Assembly: GCA_964016885.1 (NCBI GenBank)
Contig: OZ024758.1
Coordinates: 32,364,001 to 32,428,000, forward strand
Length of the DNA: 64,000 bases
Direction of reading: 5' to 3'
From: Eledone cirrhosa
Lineage: Eukaryota
Position numbers and translations under genes: made by a program. This document shows positions 39,860 to 52,711 of the stretch, in pieces. The number at the start of each line of letters is the position of its first letter. Positions within the stretch are counted from its first letter, which is position 1. The notes under the pieces were generated by a model. The model was not told the origin of the DNA. It ran no database searches and saw only the letters and a program-made list of their open reading frames with translations.

Positions 39860-40623
39860 AGTAAAGACCCCCTTCAGTCATGAATGATCATGGGATCTGT
39901 ACCTAGAAAGTTCCCCTCCAAGGCACAAGTCTGGGCAAGGTTGTTTGTGGAAGACCAGCAGTCACCCATGCCTGCCGGTCTCCCTTCTCCATGCCACTGA
40001 TGTTGTCCAAGGGAAAGGCTATGGCCGATACAGCTTGACACCAGTGATATCACAACATATATATATATACTATATATATTATACAGTATATATACACTAT
40101 ATATATGTCCAAGAGAAAGGCAATGGCTGATGCAGCTTGGCACTAGTGACATCACAACATATATATACAGTATATATACACTATATATGTCCAAGAGAAA
40201 GGTTATGGCTGATGCAGCTTGGCACCAGTGACATCACAACACATATATATATACTATTTTACCTGTTCCAGCCATCCGGCTGAAGCCATATTTATATATA
40301 CACACTAATACTATTTTACCTGTTCCAGCCATCCGGCTGAGGCCATATTTATATATACACACTATGTACAGTATATATACACTATATATTATATATACAC
40401 TGTGTACAGTATATATTATACAGTATATATACACTATATATATGTCCAAGAGAAAGGCTATGGCCGATACAGCTTGGCACTAGTGACATCACAACTCATT
40501 TCTACAGCTGAGTAAACTGAAGCAACGTGAAAGAAAGTGTCTTGCTCAAGGACACAACACATCACCCGGTCCGAGAATCGAACTCACCACCTCACAATTG
40601 CAATCCCAATGATTTAACCACTA
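39860..40623 (-). mobile_element. SINE family B with internal tandem duplications
   Basis: The tgtccaagagaaagg...gtgacatcacaac block occurs 4 times, separated by TA-rich filler. Confidence 0.8.
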
Positions 40624-40827
40624 ATCTAATAAAATGGAGAAAACTAACAAAGAATGACAGATGATAATGTCTGAGCATCAGGTCAATGTACTTTTAGAAA
40701 GACTTAGGTGAGGAAGGATCAAAAGACAGTAAATAATTTAAAACATCCTTTAAAATGATAGATTGTAGAAATTTATTCAATTTAAATTATTTTCCAATAA
40801 TATGATAACAAGGAGAATGGATGTTAA

Positions 40828-40970
40828 ATGATGATGATAGATGATAGTAATGGTAATGATGATGATGGTGGTGGTAATGATGAAGGTAGTAGTGGTGGTG
40901 GTAATGATGAAGGTAGTAGTGGTGGTGGTAATGATGATGGTGGTGTTGGTGGTGGTGATGATGGTGATGG

Positions 40971-41016
<46 letters not shown>

Positions 41017-41017
41017 A
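40828..41017. repeat. (GAT/GGT)n microsatellite
   Basis: Directly visible. Confidence 0.9.
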
Positions 41018-41333
41018 TTTAAAGATATTTCTGAGAAATTATATTCTGTCATAAGCATGAATGTTTTGCTGTAGGTGGGCTAATATGGATGTTAAGAACT
41101 TAAGGTAATAAGTTAACTTTGTCAGCAAAGTCAACAGAGCAAAATAAAAAGTAATTGTTTCTACATTAGGCACAAGGCCAGTAATTTGAGGGAAGGGGAA
41201 AGTTGACTAAGTTGATCACAGTGCATTACTGGTACTTTATTATATCAACCCTGTAAGTATGAAAGGCAAAGGCTAACCTCGGTGGGATTTGAACTCAGAA
41301 CGTAAAGGGCCATAACTAAATACTGCAAAGCAT

Positions 41334-41655
41334 TTTGTCAGATGTTCTACTGGAGTTTATCAAAGATTGAGGAGTATTTGCCAGACTTTGTCAGATGCTC
41401 TACTGGAGTTTATCAAAGATTGAGGAGTATTTGCCAGACTTTGTCAGATGCTCTACTGGAGTTTATCAAAGATTGAGGGGTATTTGCCAGACTTTGTCAG
41501 ATGCTCTACTGGAGTTTATCAAAGATTGAGGGGTATTTGCCAGACTTTGTCAGATGCTCTACTGGAGTTTATCAAAGATTGAGGGGGTATTTGCCAGACT
41601 TTGTCAGATGCTCTACTGGAGTTTATCAAAGATTGAGGAGTATTTGCCAGACTTT
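41334..41655. repeat. 53-bp tandem repeat, 6 copies
   Basis: tttgtcagatgctctactggagtttatcaaagattgagg(a/g)gtatttgccagac. Confidence 0.95.
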
Positions 41656-42104
41656 GGTTGATACAGACTTTTGACTATGATTTTATAAGAGCAATGTGAA
41701 CTCTGTTCTATGTATGGCTCAGAATACTGGTGAATTATAAAGGGATAGAGAAATAAGGGTTTCTGATTTAGGCACAAGGCCAGCAATTTTGGGAGTGGGA
41801 AAGTCGATTAAATCAACCACAGTGGATTACTAGTGCTTTATTTATTGACCCCATAAGGATAAAAGGCAAAGTTAACCTCGGCAGGATTTGAACTCACAAC
41901 GTAACAGGCCGTAACTCTATGCAGTAAAGCATGTTGTCCGACACTCTACCGATACAATGATTTACATACTGTTGTATCTTGTAGCTCAACAATGTGACAA
42001 AAGAGGAGTCAAAACAATAAACTGGTTACAATAGTCCTTGAGATATAAAGTGTTGGTGGCTCTGAGAATGGAAGATAAATGGATATGGTCACGATATCAA
42101 AGGT

Positions 42105-42365
42105 AGAATTAAGCTGTAAGAGTGTTGGACTTACGATTATAATGTTTTCCGTTTGAATCCTGGGCTGGGTTGCGAGTTGTGTTCTTGAGCATAAAACACT
42201 TCAATTCATGTTGCTCAGCTGAAAATGAGTACCAGCAATAACTTGGGGGAGGGGGGGGTGGTTAATCCTGTGATTGACTGGTATCCTGTCCAGGGGGAAA
42301 GTCTTGTACTCTCAGTTGCTTTGCGCCATGGAAACCGGAATAAGCCCTGGTCTGGTGAACCAGCA
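42105..42365 (+). mobile_element. Old tRNA/CORE SINE with a Meta/MESC-like central domain
   Basis: CORE-like gttcttgagc..., then cctgtgattgactggtatcctgtccagggg...gttgctttgcgccatggaaaccggaataagcc. Domain name from recall, not alignment. Confidence 0.55.
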
Positions 42366-42737
42366 CCCAGATGACTATAGAGCATCTGGTGTAGAACAAT
42401 TGTAGGCAAGAGCAAGGCACAGATAGTTGCTAAAGACCGATCTGAATGGTGTTGAATTGTCAAAGAAGACGATTAGTAAGTTTTAATGTTCAATTAAAAG
42501 AATAAAGCTTTAGTAATTATAGTTACATATCAATACACTATCTTGGTTTTTAAAGGAGATAACCGAATTAGGAATTCTGAAACAGATCTTGATATTTCAA
42601 TCTAAATGGTGTTGGGGACTGAGAAAAACTCTTTAACAAAAGAAAATATTGATAACATAAATATTGGAAACAATAAAGGAGAGGGGACCATTCTGAATTT
42701 GTGTAGCTCAGATAACATCTGCTGTATATATATATAT

Positions 42738-43225
<488 letters not shown>

Positions 43226-43579
43226 GTAGGAGGTGAGTTTTATTGTAGTACAATAAAGCAATGCAGATATCGGCTAATATTCAATTCTTTATCAATTTAG
43301 AATCTTTTCTCAAAGGCACATATACATACACCTCTTTAAAATATACCCATCTTCCTACCTTACTTCAAAGGGCATTATACACTCTATAATACTTGTTTAC
43401 TCATTACCCTCATTATATCTTCACCTTGTAAAATCCTTCATAACATATACATTTGTTTTTTTGACGTTAGAATATTCATCCGCAATTATTATTATTTTTT
43501 CTCTCTATCATAAAACTTTTTAATCTCAATTTCATCCTTAATTTATTATTTTTTTCTCCCCATCAACGAACTCATTCTT

Positions 43580-44350
43580 AATACATATTAACTCTTTCTT
43601 CACACATATTATCAACTCCTTCAATATACAAACCTTAACTTCACATTATTTTTCTCAAATCATCTAATACGCAAACCTTAATAATTTTTTAATACATATT
43701 AACTCTTTCTTCGCACATATTATCAATTCCTTCAATATACAAACTTTAACTTCACATTATTTTTCTCAAATCCTTCTACACACAAACCTTAATAATTTTT
43801 TCTCTTCGTTAATTTTGAAATTGCCACAATACTTATCAACATACACCTTTTTGACGTTAGAATATTCATCCGCAAATATTATTTTTTCTCTCTATCTTCA
43901 TACATAAACTCCCTCTCTTTCCTCATATTTTTCCCTTCGCTAACTTTCAAATTCTTTTAATTAATACATTATCTTCCAACGGTTCTCAACCTCTTATGTA
44001 AAACAATATATCTTTTCTCAGTTATAAAAACTATCTCTTTCTCTCTATCACCCATCTCTCCCTCTCCACCTTCACTCACATCTCCTCCCCTTTTTTCATC
44101 CTTTCCACCCCCCCTCCCTAAATAAAATATTTTTTCCTCGTACATATTTTTCCCTTCGTTAATTTTCAAATTCTTTTAATTTATACATTATCTTCCAACG
44201 GTTTTCAACCTCTCTATGTAAAACAATATATCTTCTCTCAGTTATAAAAACTATCTCTTTCTCTCTATCACCCATCTCTCCCTCTCCACCTTCACTCTCA
44301 TCTCCTCCCCTTTTTCACCCCCCCCCTCTCTAAATAAAATATTTTTCCCA
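43580..44350. repeat. Local tandem duplications (~110 bp and ~225 bp)
   Basis: 43580-43690 resembles 43690-43800; 43925-44140 resembles 44143-44350. Confidence 0.8.
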
Positions 44351-44542
44351 ATATCACACATCAATCTAAAACCACTTTTCATATGTTGATTTAAAACTGC
44401 ACTATCCACAAGTGTTTTTTAGCCTTCATATCATGTTCTCCTGTTTTATCTGATGAAAACACAAATATTATTGCATGATGATGTTTGTTTTTGAAATGCG
44501 CATAATAAAATACATGGAACTCCTTTAACCATCTTTTGATCT

Positions 44543-44607
<65 letters not shown>

Positions 44608-44899
44608 AGTTGAAATAAAATGAAAACGAAATTTCATTTCTCACTCTTAGTACGGCACTTACTTAAATGTAAGTATGTATGTATACGTACATACATATAT
44701 GTATACAGACGTACAGTAGCATGCATATATATATATATATATACATACAGGTACACATACATATATGCACGTATCAGTGTAGCGGACGCTTATTATAAAG
44801 CCGCTTTGTTCGTTTGTAAACAAACTGAACAGCCTGAATTTATGCCGTACGGTGTTAAGGCAACCACGTCACCTTTTTGTTCAACACTGACACAGGAAC

Positions 44900-44938
44900 A
44901 ATGTACTAGTTTCAAGCTTGTTAGCTATCATCAGCACC
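44900..44938 (-). ncRNA. Minimal hammerhead ribozyme
   Basis: ggtg-CTGATGA-t agct aaca agct t-GAAA-CTAG-TA-catt. Confidence 0.8.
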
Positions 44939-44974
44939 GCATACCCTTCTGCCAGATAGTTGAACGTTCGAAAG

Positions 44975-45041
44975 TATATACTTTCTTTATGAAAATTAAC
45001 GGCTGAGCAGCCTAATTTGCATATCAAGTGAGTTAAATTGG
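44975..45041 (-). promoter_or_regulatory. Putative CCAAT-octamer-TATA promoter cassette upstream of the HHR
   Basis: CCAAT 45037-41, ATGCAAAT 45015-22, TATATA 44975-80. Octamer and TATA have the same spacing in copy 1 (34379-86, 34339-44). Confidence 0.4.
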
Positions 45042-45176
45042 TCAGGCATACCGAAAACGATAAGTTGAAATAAAATGAAAACGAAATTTCATTTCTCACT
45101 CTTAGTACGGCACTTACTTAAATGTAAGTATGTATGTATACGTACATACATATATGTATACAGACGTACAGTAGCA

Positions 45177-45216
<40 letters not shown>

Positions 45217-45357
45217 CAGGTGCACATACAGGTATACATACATACTTACATATATATATATATATATATACGTAGGTCCCGGGTTGAGTCGGGGATAACC
45301 ACAGTAAGTAAGGTACTCAATACATGGCAGAGTAAAATTTTTTTATTTTATAGAAGG

Positions 45358-45408
45358 AACTTCTACAGGACTAGTACTGTTTCATTCAGATGAAATCTTC
45401 AGGAAGCT
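45358..45408 (-). ncRNA. Type I hammerhead ribozyme in a short pLTR-like relic (45272-45415)
   Basis: agcttc-CTGAAGA-t ttca tc tgaa t-GAAA-cag tactagtc ctg-TA-gaagtt, followed by AATAAA. Confidence 0.78.
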
Positions 45409-46739
45409 GGGTGTCATATATATATATATATATGTAGAGTGAAATTATATATAAAATTAGTATTGTTTGATTACAGATTATTGTTGACAGCTGTCAATGT
45501 TGAAGAGTAGCAGAAAAAAGGATTTGTCATAATTGGGTGGTGCAACCACAGAATAATCATGGCTGAAATACTTTTGATTATAGCTTATCTCAATAACGGC
45601 AGATTTGGGACTAAACAACTATAATAATTGTTTCTACTTTTGGCACAAGGCCAGCAATTACCCAGCACATTACTGGTACTTTATTTTATCGACCCCATAA
45701 GGATGAAAGGCAAAGTTAAACTCGGCTGGATTTGAACTCAGAATGGCAAGGGCCGTAACACTATGCTACAAAGCATGGTGACTGATGCTCTACCGATACT
45801 GCCAATCCACCGCCCCTACAATAATGAACAAATAACAGCATACAGTTTATGTATTGTACTAAATTAGCATTTACACATTCACGAATAGTATCTTGCAAAT
45901 AGTCATGTTTGAAAGCCTCTTAATACTCTAGCAAAAATCCTTTTGATACTCTCGGGTCCCAAATAATAGTGGAGTGGGGTGGAAAATTAGTAATTTTTCT
46001 AGATTGTCTCCATTGATTTAAACAGAATTAGTTGTCTAGTTTACATATCGAGACCCCAACCCATCCTATTTATTTTACAAGATATGGGATTTCTAGTAAT
46101 GTACTTTTTTTTGTCATATATAATGTTTTGTTAATGTATAAAGAAAATCAATTGTTGCAGGAATGCTACCACTTAAAATAAAATTTCGCTAGAGATTAGC
46201 AAAATTTAATAAGCAAGGTGGGAGTGGGGTGGATGGGTTTTGAGGCGTAATCGGGTAGAATGGCTAACTTAAAAGGCATCAGATGTGTTTGTGTATTGTG
46301 AAGAAGAATATAAAGTAGACAACAAATGTAGGGGTTTTGGTAGAAACATTTAGAAGATGTGCCCTTTGCTTGCATACAACTTCATAGAAGCAGAGGAGGG
46401 GATATGTTTTTCATGAGGGCTGTCATATTGAAAGGAGTACTTATTTATCAGAGACTAGATAGTTTAAGATGAGTTAAGGGTAAAATACCAGTACAATGAA
46501 GGATGTGAATTTAGGCTGGCAAACTTCCATGCATGGGATGAAGTATTTTGATATACATAATTTCGTAATCACAAACTGATAAAATAAAGAACTGTCTTTA
46601 AAAGGGAAGGACACATTGGATAATATAGTCCCAGATACTACACTATACATGGAAACAGGACATGATGGTCACAGCTGGATCAGATCTGAACTGGAGCTAA
46701 TCAACAAAAACAAACAAAGTAATAAAGAGGGTCCAGAAA

Positions 46740-47160
46740 GGAGCAAACCTTAACAATTGGTCACTGGAATGTTACAACCCTTAAAGGTAAGGAGAAGGAG
46801 CTAGTTGAACTGGCCAGATGCTACTGGCTAGATATTATTGATAGGTATGCAGATGCTATTGCATCCAAATTCAGAGAACTCCCTTAGCAAACTGAGGATG
46901 CTGCAATGGCGTGGAGAATGTTCAACTAGGCAGTTTATGCTTCAGCTGTTAAAATCTGTGGATTACAGTAGCTTGGTGTGGCACCGAGTGGTAAGAAGAC
47001 TCCTTGATTCAACAAAGAGGTCAAAGACCTCTTAGAAAAGAACGAGGCTTACAACGCTTGGCTTGGAAATAAGTCCTCCCTTTTGCATTTGTGATACAAG
47101 CAGGTGTGAAAAGTCGCAGCTGAGATAGTAAAGGTGTCCAAAGTTAAGACATGAAAGGAC
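46740..47160 (+). mobile_element. Deleted RTE-like LINE relic
   Basis: TIGHWNVTTLKGKEKELVE APE start joined to a later linker region. Confidence 0.6.
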
Positions 47161-47207
47161 CCTGGAGTTATATACTACAGGCCTCAACAGCAAAGTATAG
47201 TGTAAAT

Positions 47208-47362
47208 CAGGCATGTTAAATTGAAGCTCCTCCCAGGGCCACATGGGACACATATGTGTTGCCTGAAGGCCACACATACAACTAATTTTTTTAATTTTTA
47301 TATTACGAATATAAAACATGCTCATGCTGTAAAAACCTTTGTGTGGGCCGCAGGTGTGCCTG
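47208..47362. mobile_element. hAT-like MITE fragment at the satellite edge
   Basis: caggcatgttaaa...gggccacat...gtgggccgca; separates one satellite unit (47175-47206) from the array. Confidence 0.45.
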
Positions 47363-50300
47363 GTGTAAACATTGCTACAGGCCTCAACAGCAAAGTATAG
47401 TGTAAACATTGCTGCAGGCATCAACAGCAAAGTATAGTGTAAACATTGCTGCAGGCATCAACAGCAAAGTATAGTGTAAACATTGCTACAGGCCTTATCA
47501 GCAAAGTATAGTGTAAACATTGCTACAGGCCTCAACAGCAAAGTATAGTGTAAACATTACTACAGGCTTCAACAGCAAAGTATAGTGTAAACATTGCTAC
47601 AGGCCTCAACAGCAAAGTATAGTGTAAACATTGCTACAGGCCTCAACAACAAAGTATAGTGTAAACATGCTACAGACCTCAACAGCAAAGTATAGTGTAA
47701 ACATTGCTACAGGCCTCAACAGCAAAGTATAGTGTAAACATTGCTGCAGGCATCAAGAGCAAAGTATAATGTAAACATTGCTGCAGGCATCAAGAGCAAA
47801 GTATAGTGTAAACATTGCTGCAGGCATCAAGAGCAAAGTATAGTGTAAACATTGCTACAGGCTTTATCAGCAAAGTATAATGTAAACATTGCTACAGGCC
47901 TCAACACCAAAGTATAATGTAAACATTGCTGCTGGCCTCAACAGCAAAGTATAGTGTAAACATTGCTACAGGCCTCAACAGCAAAGTATAGTGTAAACAT
48001 TGCTGCAGGCCTCAGCAGCAAAGTATAATGTAAACATTGCTACAGGCCTCAACACCAAAGTATAATGTAAACATTGCTGCAGGTCTCAACAGCAAAGTAT
48101 AGTGTAAACATTGCTGCAGGCCTCAACAGCAAAGTATAGTGTAAACATTGCTACAGGCCTCAACAGCAAAGTATAGTGTAAACATTGCTACAGGCCTTAT
48201 AAGCAAAGTATAATGTAAACATTGCTACAGGCCTCAACAGCAAAGTATAGTGTAAACATTACTACAGGCTTCAACAGCAAAGTATAATGTAAACATTGCT
48301 GCAGGCCTCAACAGCAAAGTATAGTGTAAACATTGCTACAGGCCTCAACAGCAAAGTATAGTGTAAACATTGCTACATGTCTCAACAGCAAAGTATAGTG
48401 TAAACATTGCTGCAGGCCTCAACAGAAAAGTATAGTGTAAACATTGCTACAGGCCTTATCAGCAAAGTATAGTGTAAACATTGCTACAGGCCTCAACAGC
48501 AAAGTATAGTGTAAACATTGCTACATGTCTCAACAGCAAAGTATAGTGTAAACATTGCTGCAGGCCTCAACAGCAAAGTATAATGTAAACATTGCTGCAG
48601 GCCTCAACAGTAAAGTATAGTGTAAACATTGCTACAGGCCTCAACAGCAAAGTATAGTGTAAACATTGCTACAGGCCTCAACAGCAAAGTATAGTGTAAA
48701 CATTGCTACATGTCTCAACAGCAAAGTATAGTGTAAACATTGCTGCAGGCCTCAACAGAAAAGTATAGTGTAAACATTGCTACAGGCCTCAACAGCAAAG
48801 TATAGCGTAAACATTGCTACATGTCTCAACAGCAAAGTATAGTGTAAACATTGCTGCAGGCCTCAACAGAAAAGTATAGTGTAAACATTGCTGCAGGCCT
48901 CAACAGAAAAGTATAGTGTAAACATTGCTACAGGCCTTATCAGCAAAGTATAGTGTAAACATTGCTACAGGCCTCAACAGCAAAGTATAGTGTAAACATT
49001 GCTACAGGCCTCAACAGCAAAGTATAGTGTAAACATTGCTGCAGGCCTCAACAGCAAAGTATAATGTAAACATTGCTGCAGGCCTCAACAGTAAAGTATA
49101 GTGTAAACATTGCTACAGGCCTCAACAGAAAAGTATAGTGTAAACATTGCTACAGGCCTCAACACCAAAGTATAGTGTAAACATTGCTACAGGCCTTATC
49201 AGCAAAGTATAGTGTAAACATTGCTACAGGCCTAAACAGCAAAGTATAGTGTAAACATTGCTACAGGCCTCAACAGCAAAGTATAGTGTAAACATTGCTA
49301 CAGGCCTCAACAGCAAAGTATAGTGTAAACATTGCTACAGGCCTTATCAGCAAAGTATAGTGTAAACATTGCTACAGGCGTCAACAGCAAAGTATAGTGT
49401 AAACATTGCTACAGGCCTTATCAGCAAAGTATAGTGTAAACATTGCTACACGCCTCAACAGCAAAGTATAGTGTAAAAATTGCTACAGGCCTAAACAGCA
49501 AAGTATAGTGTAAACATTGCTACACGCCTCAACAGCAAAGTATAGTGTAAACATTGCTACAGGACTCAACAGCAAAGTATAGTGTAAACATTGCTACAGG
49601 CCTCAACAGCAAAGTATAGTGTAAACATTGCTACAGGCCTCAACAGCAAAGTATAGTGTAAACATTGCTACAGGACTCAACAGCAAAGTATAGTGTAAAC
49701 ATTGCTACATGCCTTATCAGCAAAGTATAGTGTAAACATTGCTGCAGGCCTCAACAGCAAAGCATAGTGTAAACATTGCTACAGGCCTGATCAGCAAAGT
49801 ATAGTGTAAACATTGCTACAGGCCTCAACAGCAAAGTATAGTGTAAAGATTGCTACAGGCCTCAACAGCAAAGTATAGTGTAAACATTGCTGCAGGCCTC
49901 AACAGCAAAGTATAATGTAAACATTGCTGCAGGCCTCAACAGTAAAGTATAGTGTAAACATTGCTACAGGCCTCAACAGAAAAGTATAGTGTAAACATTG
50001 CTACAGGCCTCAACACCAAAGTATAGTGTAAACATTGCTACAGGCCTTATCAGCAAAGTATAGTGTAAACATTGCTACAGGCCTAAACAGCAAAGTATAG
50101 TGTAAACATTGCTACAGGCATCAACAGCAAAGTATAGTGTAAACATTGCTACAGGCCTCAACAGCAAAGTATAGTGTAAACATTGCTACAGGCCTTATCA
50201 GCAAAGTATAGTGTAAACATTGCTACAGGCGTCAACAGCAAAGTATAGTGTAAACATTGCTACAGGCCTTATCAGCAAAGTATAGTGTAAACATTGCTAC

Positions 50301-51001
50301 ACGGCTCAACAGCAAAGTATAGTGTAAACATTGCTACAGGCCTCAACAGCAAAGTATAGTGTAAACATTGCTACAGGCCTCAACAGCAAAGTATAGTGTA
50401 AACATTGCTACAGGACTCAACAGCAAAGTATAGTGTAAACATTGCTACATGCCTTATCAGCAAAGTATAGTGTAAACATTGCTGCAGGCCTCAACAGCAA
50501 AGCATAGTGTAAACATTGCTACAGGCCTGATCAGCAAAGTATAGTGTAAACATTGCTACAGGCCTCAACAGCAAAGTATAGTGTAAAGATTGCTACAGGC
50601 CTCAACAGCAAAGTATAGTGTAAACATTGTTGCAGGCCTCAACAGCAAAGCATAGTGTAAACATTGCTACAGGCCTGATCAGCAAAGTATAGTGTAAACA
50701 TTGCTACAGGCCTAAACAGCAAAGTATAGTGTAAACATTGCTACAGGCCTCAACAGCAAAGGATAGTGTAAACATTGCTACAGGCCTCAACAGCAAAGTA
50801 TAGTGTAAACATTGCTACAGGCCTTATCAGCAAAGTATAGTGTAAACATTGCTACAGGCCTCAACAGCAAAGTATAGTGTAAACATTGCTACAGGCCTTA
50901 TCAGCAAAGTATAGTGTAAACATTGCTACAGGCCTTATCAGCAAAGTATAGTGTAAACATTACTACAGGCCTCAACAGCAAAGTATAGTGTAAACATTGC
51001 T
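47363..51001. repeat. 37-bp satellite, ~98 units
   Basis: gtgtaaacattgctacaggcctcaacagcaaagtata, head to tail, no spacers. Confidence 0.98.
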
Positions 51002-51420
51002 GATATTCACACAAAATTATTCCATTCATGTCAAAATAGACATAAAAGAAATGATTAACATAATACTGCTGTTGATAAGATATTGAAAAGACAGAGAGAA
51101 GTTGTTAAAATGGATGAATAGAGCAGTTTATTATCAACAGTAACTAATGTCAAAAGTTACTATGGCATTTCATAAATTACTTATTCCTTATAAAGAAAGA
51201 ATCAACTTGATATTTGTGAGACTTTCTTAGAGGGTTAGTCTTGCCAAAGGTCAAGAAGTTATTGTTCAGATAACAAGAGAAGGTCAACAGTGTCAAAAGT
51301 CAACATGTTATTTATCAAGCCACAGTGATGTTGATATAAAAAGTTAGACATCTTATTTATCCTTGTCTACTTTTTTTTATATAAATTTATGGTATTTTCT
51401 TTGTTTTGTTGTTTTTGTTT

Positions 51421-51466
51421 TCATGTGATGTTTGCAATACTGCAGGAGAGCAAGTTGAAATCCTTT
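51421..51466 (-). CDS. Candidate terminal exon (KDFNLLSCSIANIT*, phase 2)
   Basis: Long polypyrimidine tract and CAG acceptor; unique sequence. Confidence 0.3.
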
Positions 51467-51880
51467 CTGTCAACAGTTTTAAAACAGAGAGGAAAGAAAA
51501 AGAAAAACAAAACAAAATAATAATAATGCAAAGACAAAAAAAAAGGTAAAAAAATAGAAATGAAAACGAAATGTTTTATGCAAGTGTGGAAGATGAGATT
51601 AAAAAAGATTCTAGAAGAAAATATAATAAAAAACAAAAAACATTAGAAAGAAATTAAATAAAAATAGTGGATAAAGATTTTTAATCAAAGTTTGTGATTT
51701 TGGTTTTGATTTCTTTTAAAAATAAAAATATAATATATATAAAATAAAACAATGAAGATTAAAATTAAAATAAAATCATTATGAAAGAAATATAAACATG
51801 ACTTTAAAATCCAATCTGTATTTCATTTCTCAGTTTATTTATTTAATTTATTATTTTTTCACATCTAATGGCTTCTCAAA

Positions 51881-52152
51881 TCAATTTGTTGGTGGTTGGG
51901 AAGGAAATGGTACAAATGGTTGACGATTGCTTTCCAAATGTGCCTTCTTTTTAGATGAAAAGAAAAGTGTGAGAACAGATTGGAAACTAGAATTAGCAGC
52001 AGCAAATTAATTTTTTTCCCCCACAAGTGATAGCAACAACAATAATAACAACAACCACAGCAACAATACCAGCAGCAACAACAACAATGATATTTAAAAG
52101 AAAGATTTGATTAAAGAAGAAATGCATGCACCAAGCCTATACCTGTTTCCAC
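51881..52152 (-). CDS. Candidate 10-nt micro-exon (52143-52152) plus terminal exon (51881-51946): WKQ|KAHLESNRQPFVPFPSQPPTN*
   Basis: cctag|GTGGAAACAG|gtatag with TGCATG ~11 nt downstream; frame-compatible join; AATAAA 30-45 nt after the stop. Confidence 0.3.
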
Positions 52153-52711
52153 CTAGGATTGGTGTGGAAAGCTCACTTCTCTGTTGGACATGGCTATGGA
52201 ATAACAATAATGTACAAAGCATGAATAACATGTTCACTTAGAAACACACATGGGGGAAGAGAGAGAAATGATTTCTTGAAATTTCTTTCTTCCTTTTGGT
52301 TATAAAAATGAAATCTAAAAAAAAAAAAAACGATGAGAAGAAAAAAAATATATGAAAATATTTTTCTTCAGGTTTAAAGAATTTGGTTGAATTGTTTCAA
52401 ATTCAAACTGACATTAAATCAGCTGTATATTCCATGGATTTTGATCACTAGCTTCTAGTAAAAAAGAGTTTGATGATGAATGTATTGATCATGTAATTTA
52501 CAGGAAGTATGCAGTACTGCTTCTGTTTTCTTCTTTCACAAAGAAAAATGTCAGGGTTTTTTTTTAAATTACAGATTGTTATATGTTGTATAATTTTATT
52601 TAAAATTGTCATATTTACATAACAAATATGAATATCTAAATAAAACTCTATGGATCAACATTGTACCTAATCTATTTACAAATTTATCCACCTACACACC
52701 TATCTATCTAA

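Larger units (their letters stand above)
44606..45180 (-). mobile_element. Non-coding HHR-bearing partial-tandem element (copy 2)
   Basis: 44606-44725 is repeated at 45061-45180 (period 455 bp); flanked by (TA)n. Confidence 0.8.

Noticed and set aside
47363-51001. CRISPR array (37-bp repeat)
   Set aside because: Units are contiguous with no unique spacers, there are no cas genes, and the context is eukaryotic.
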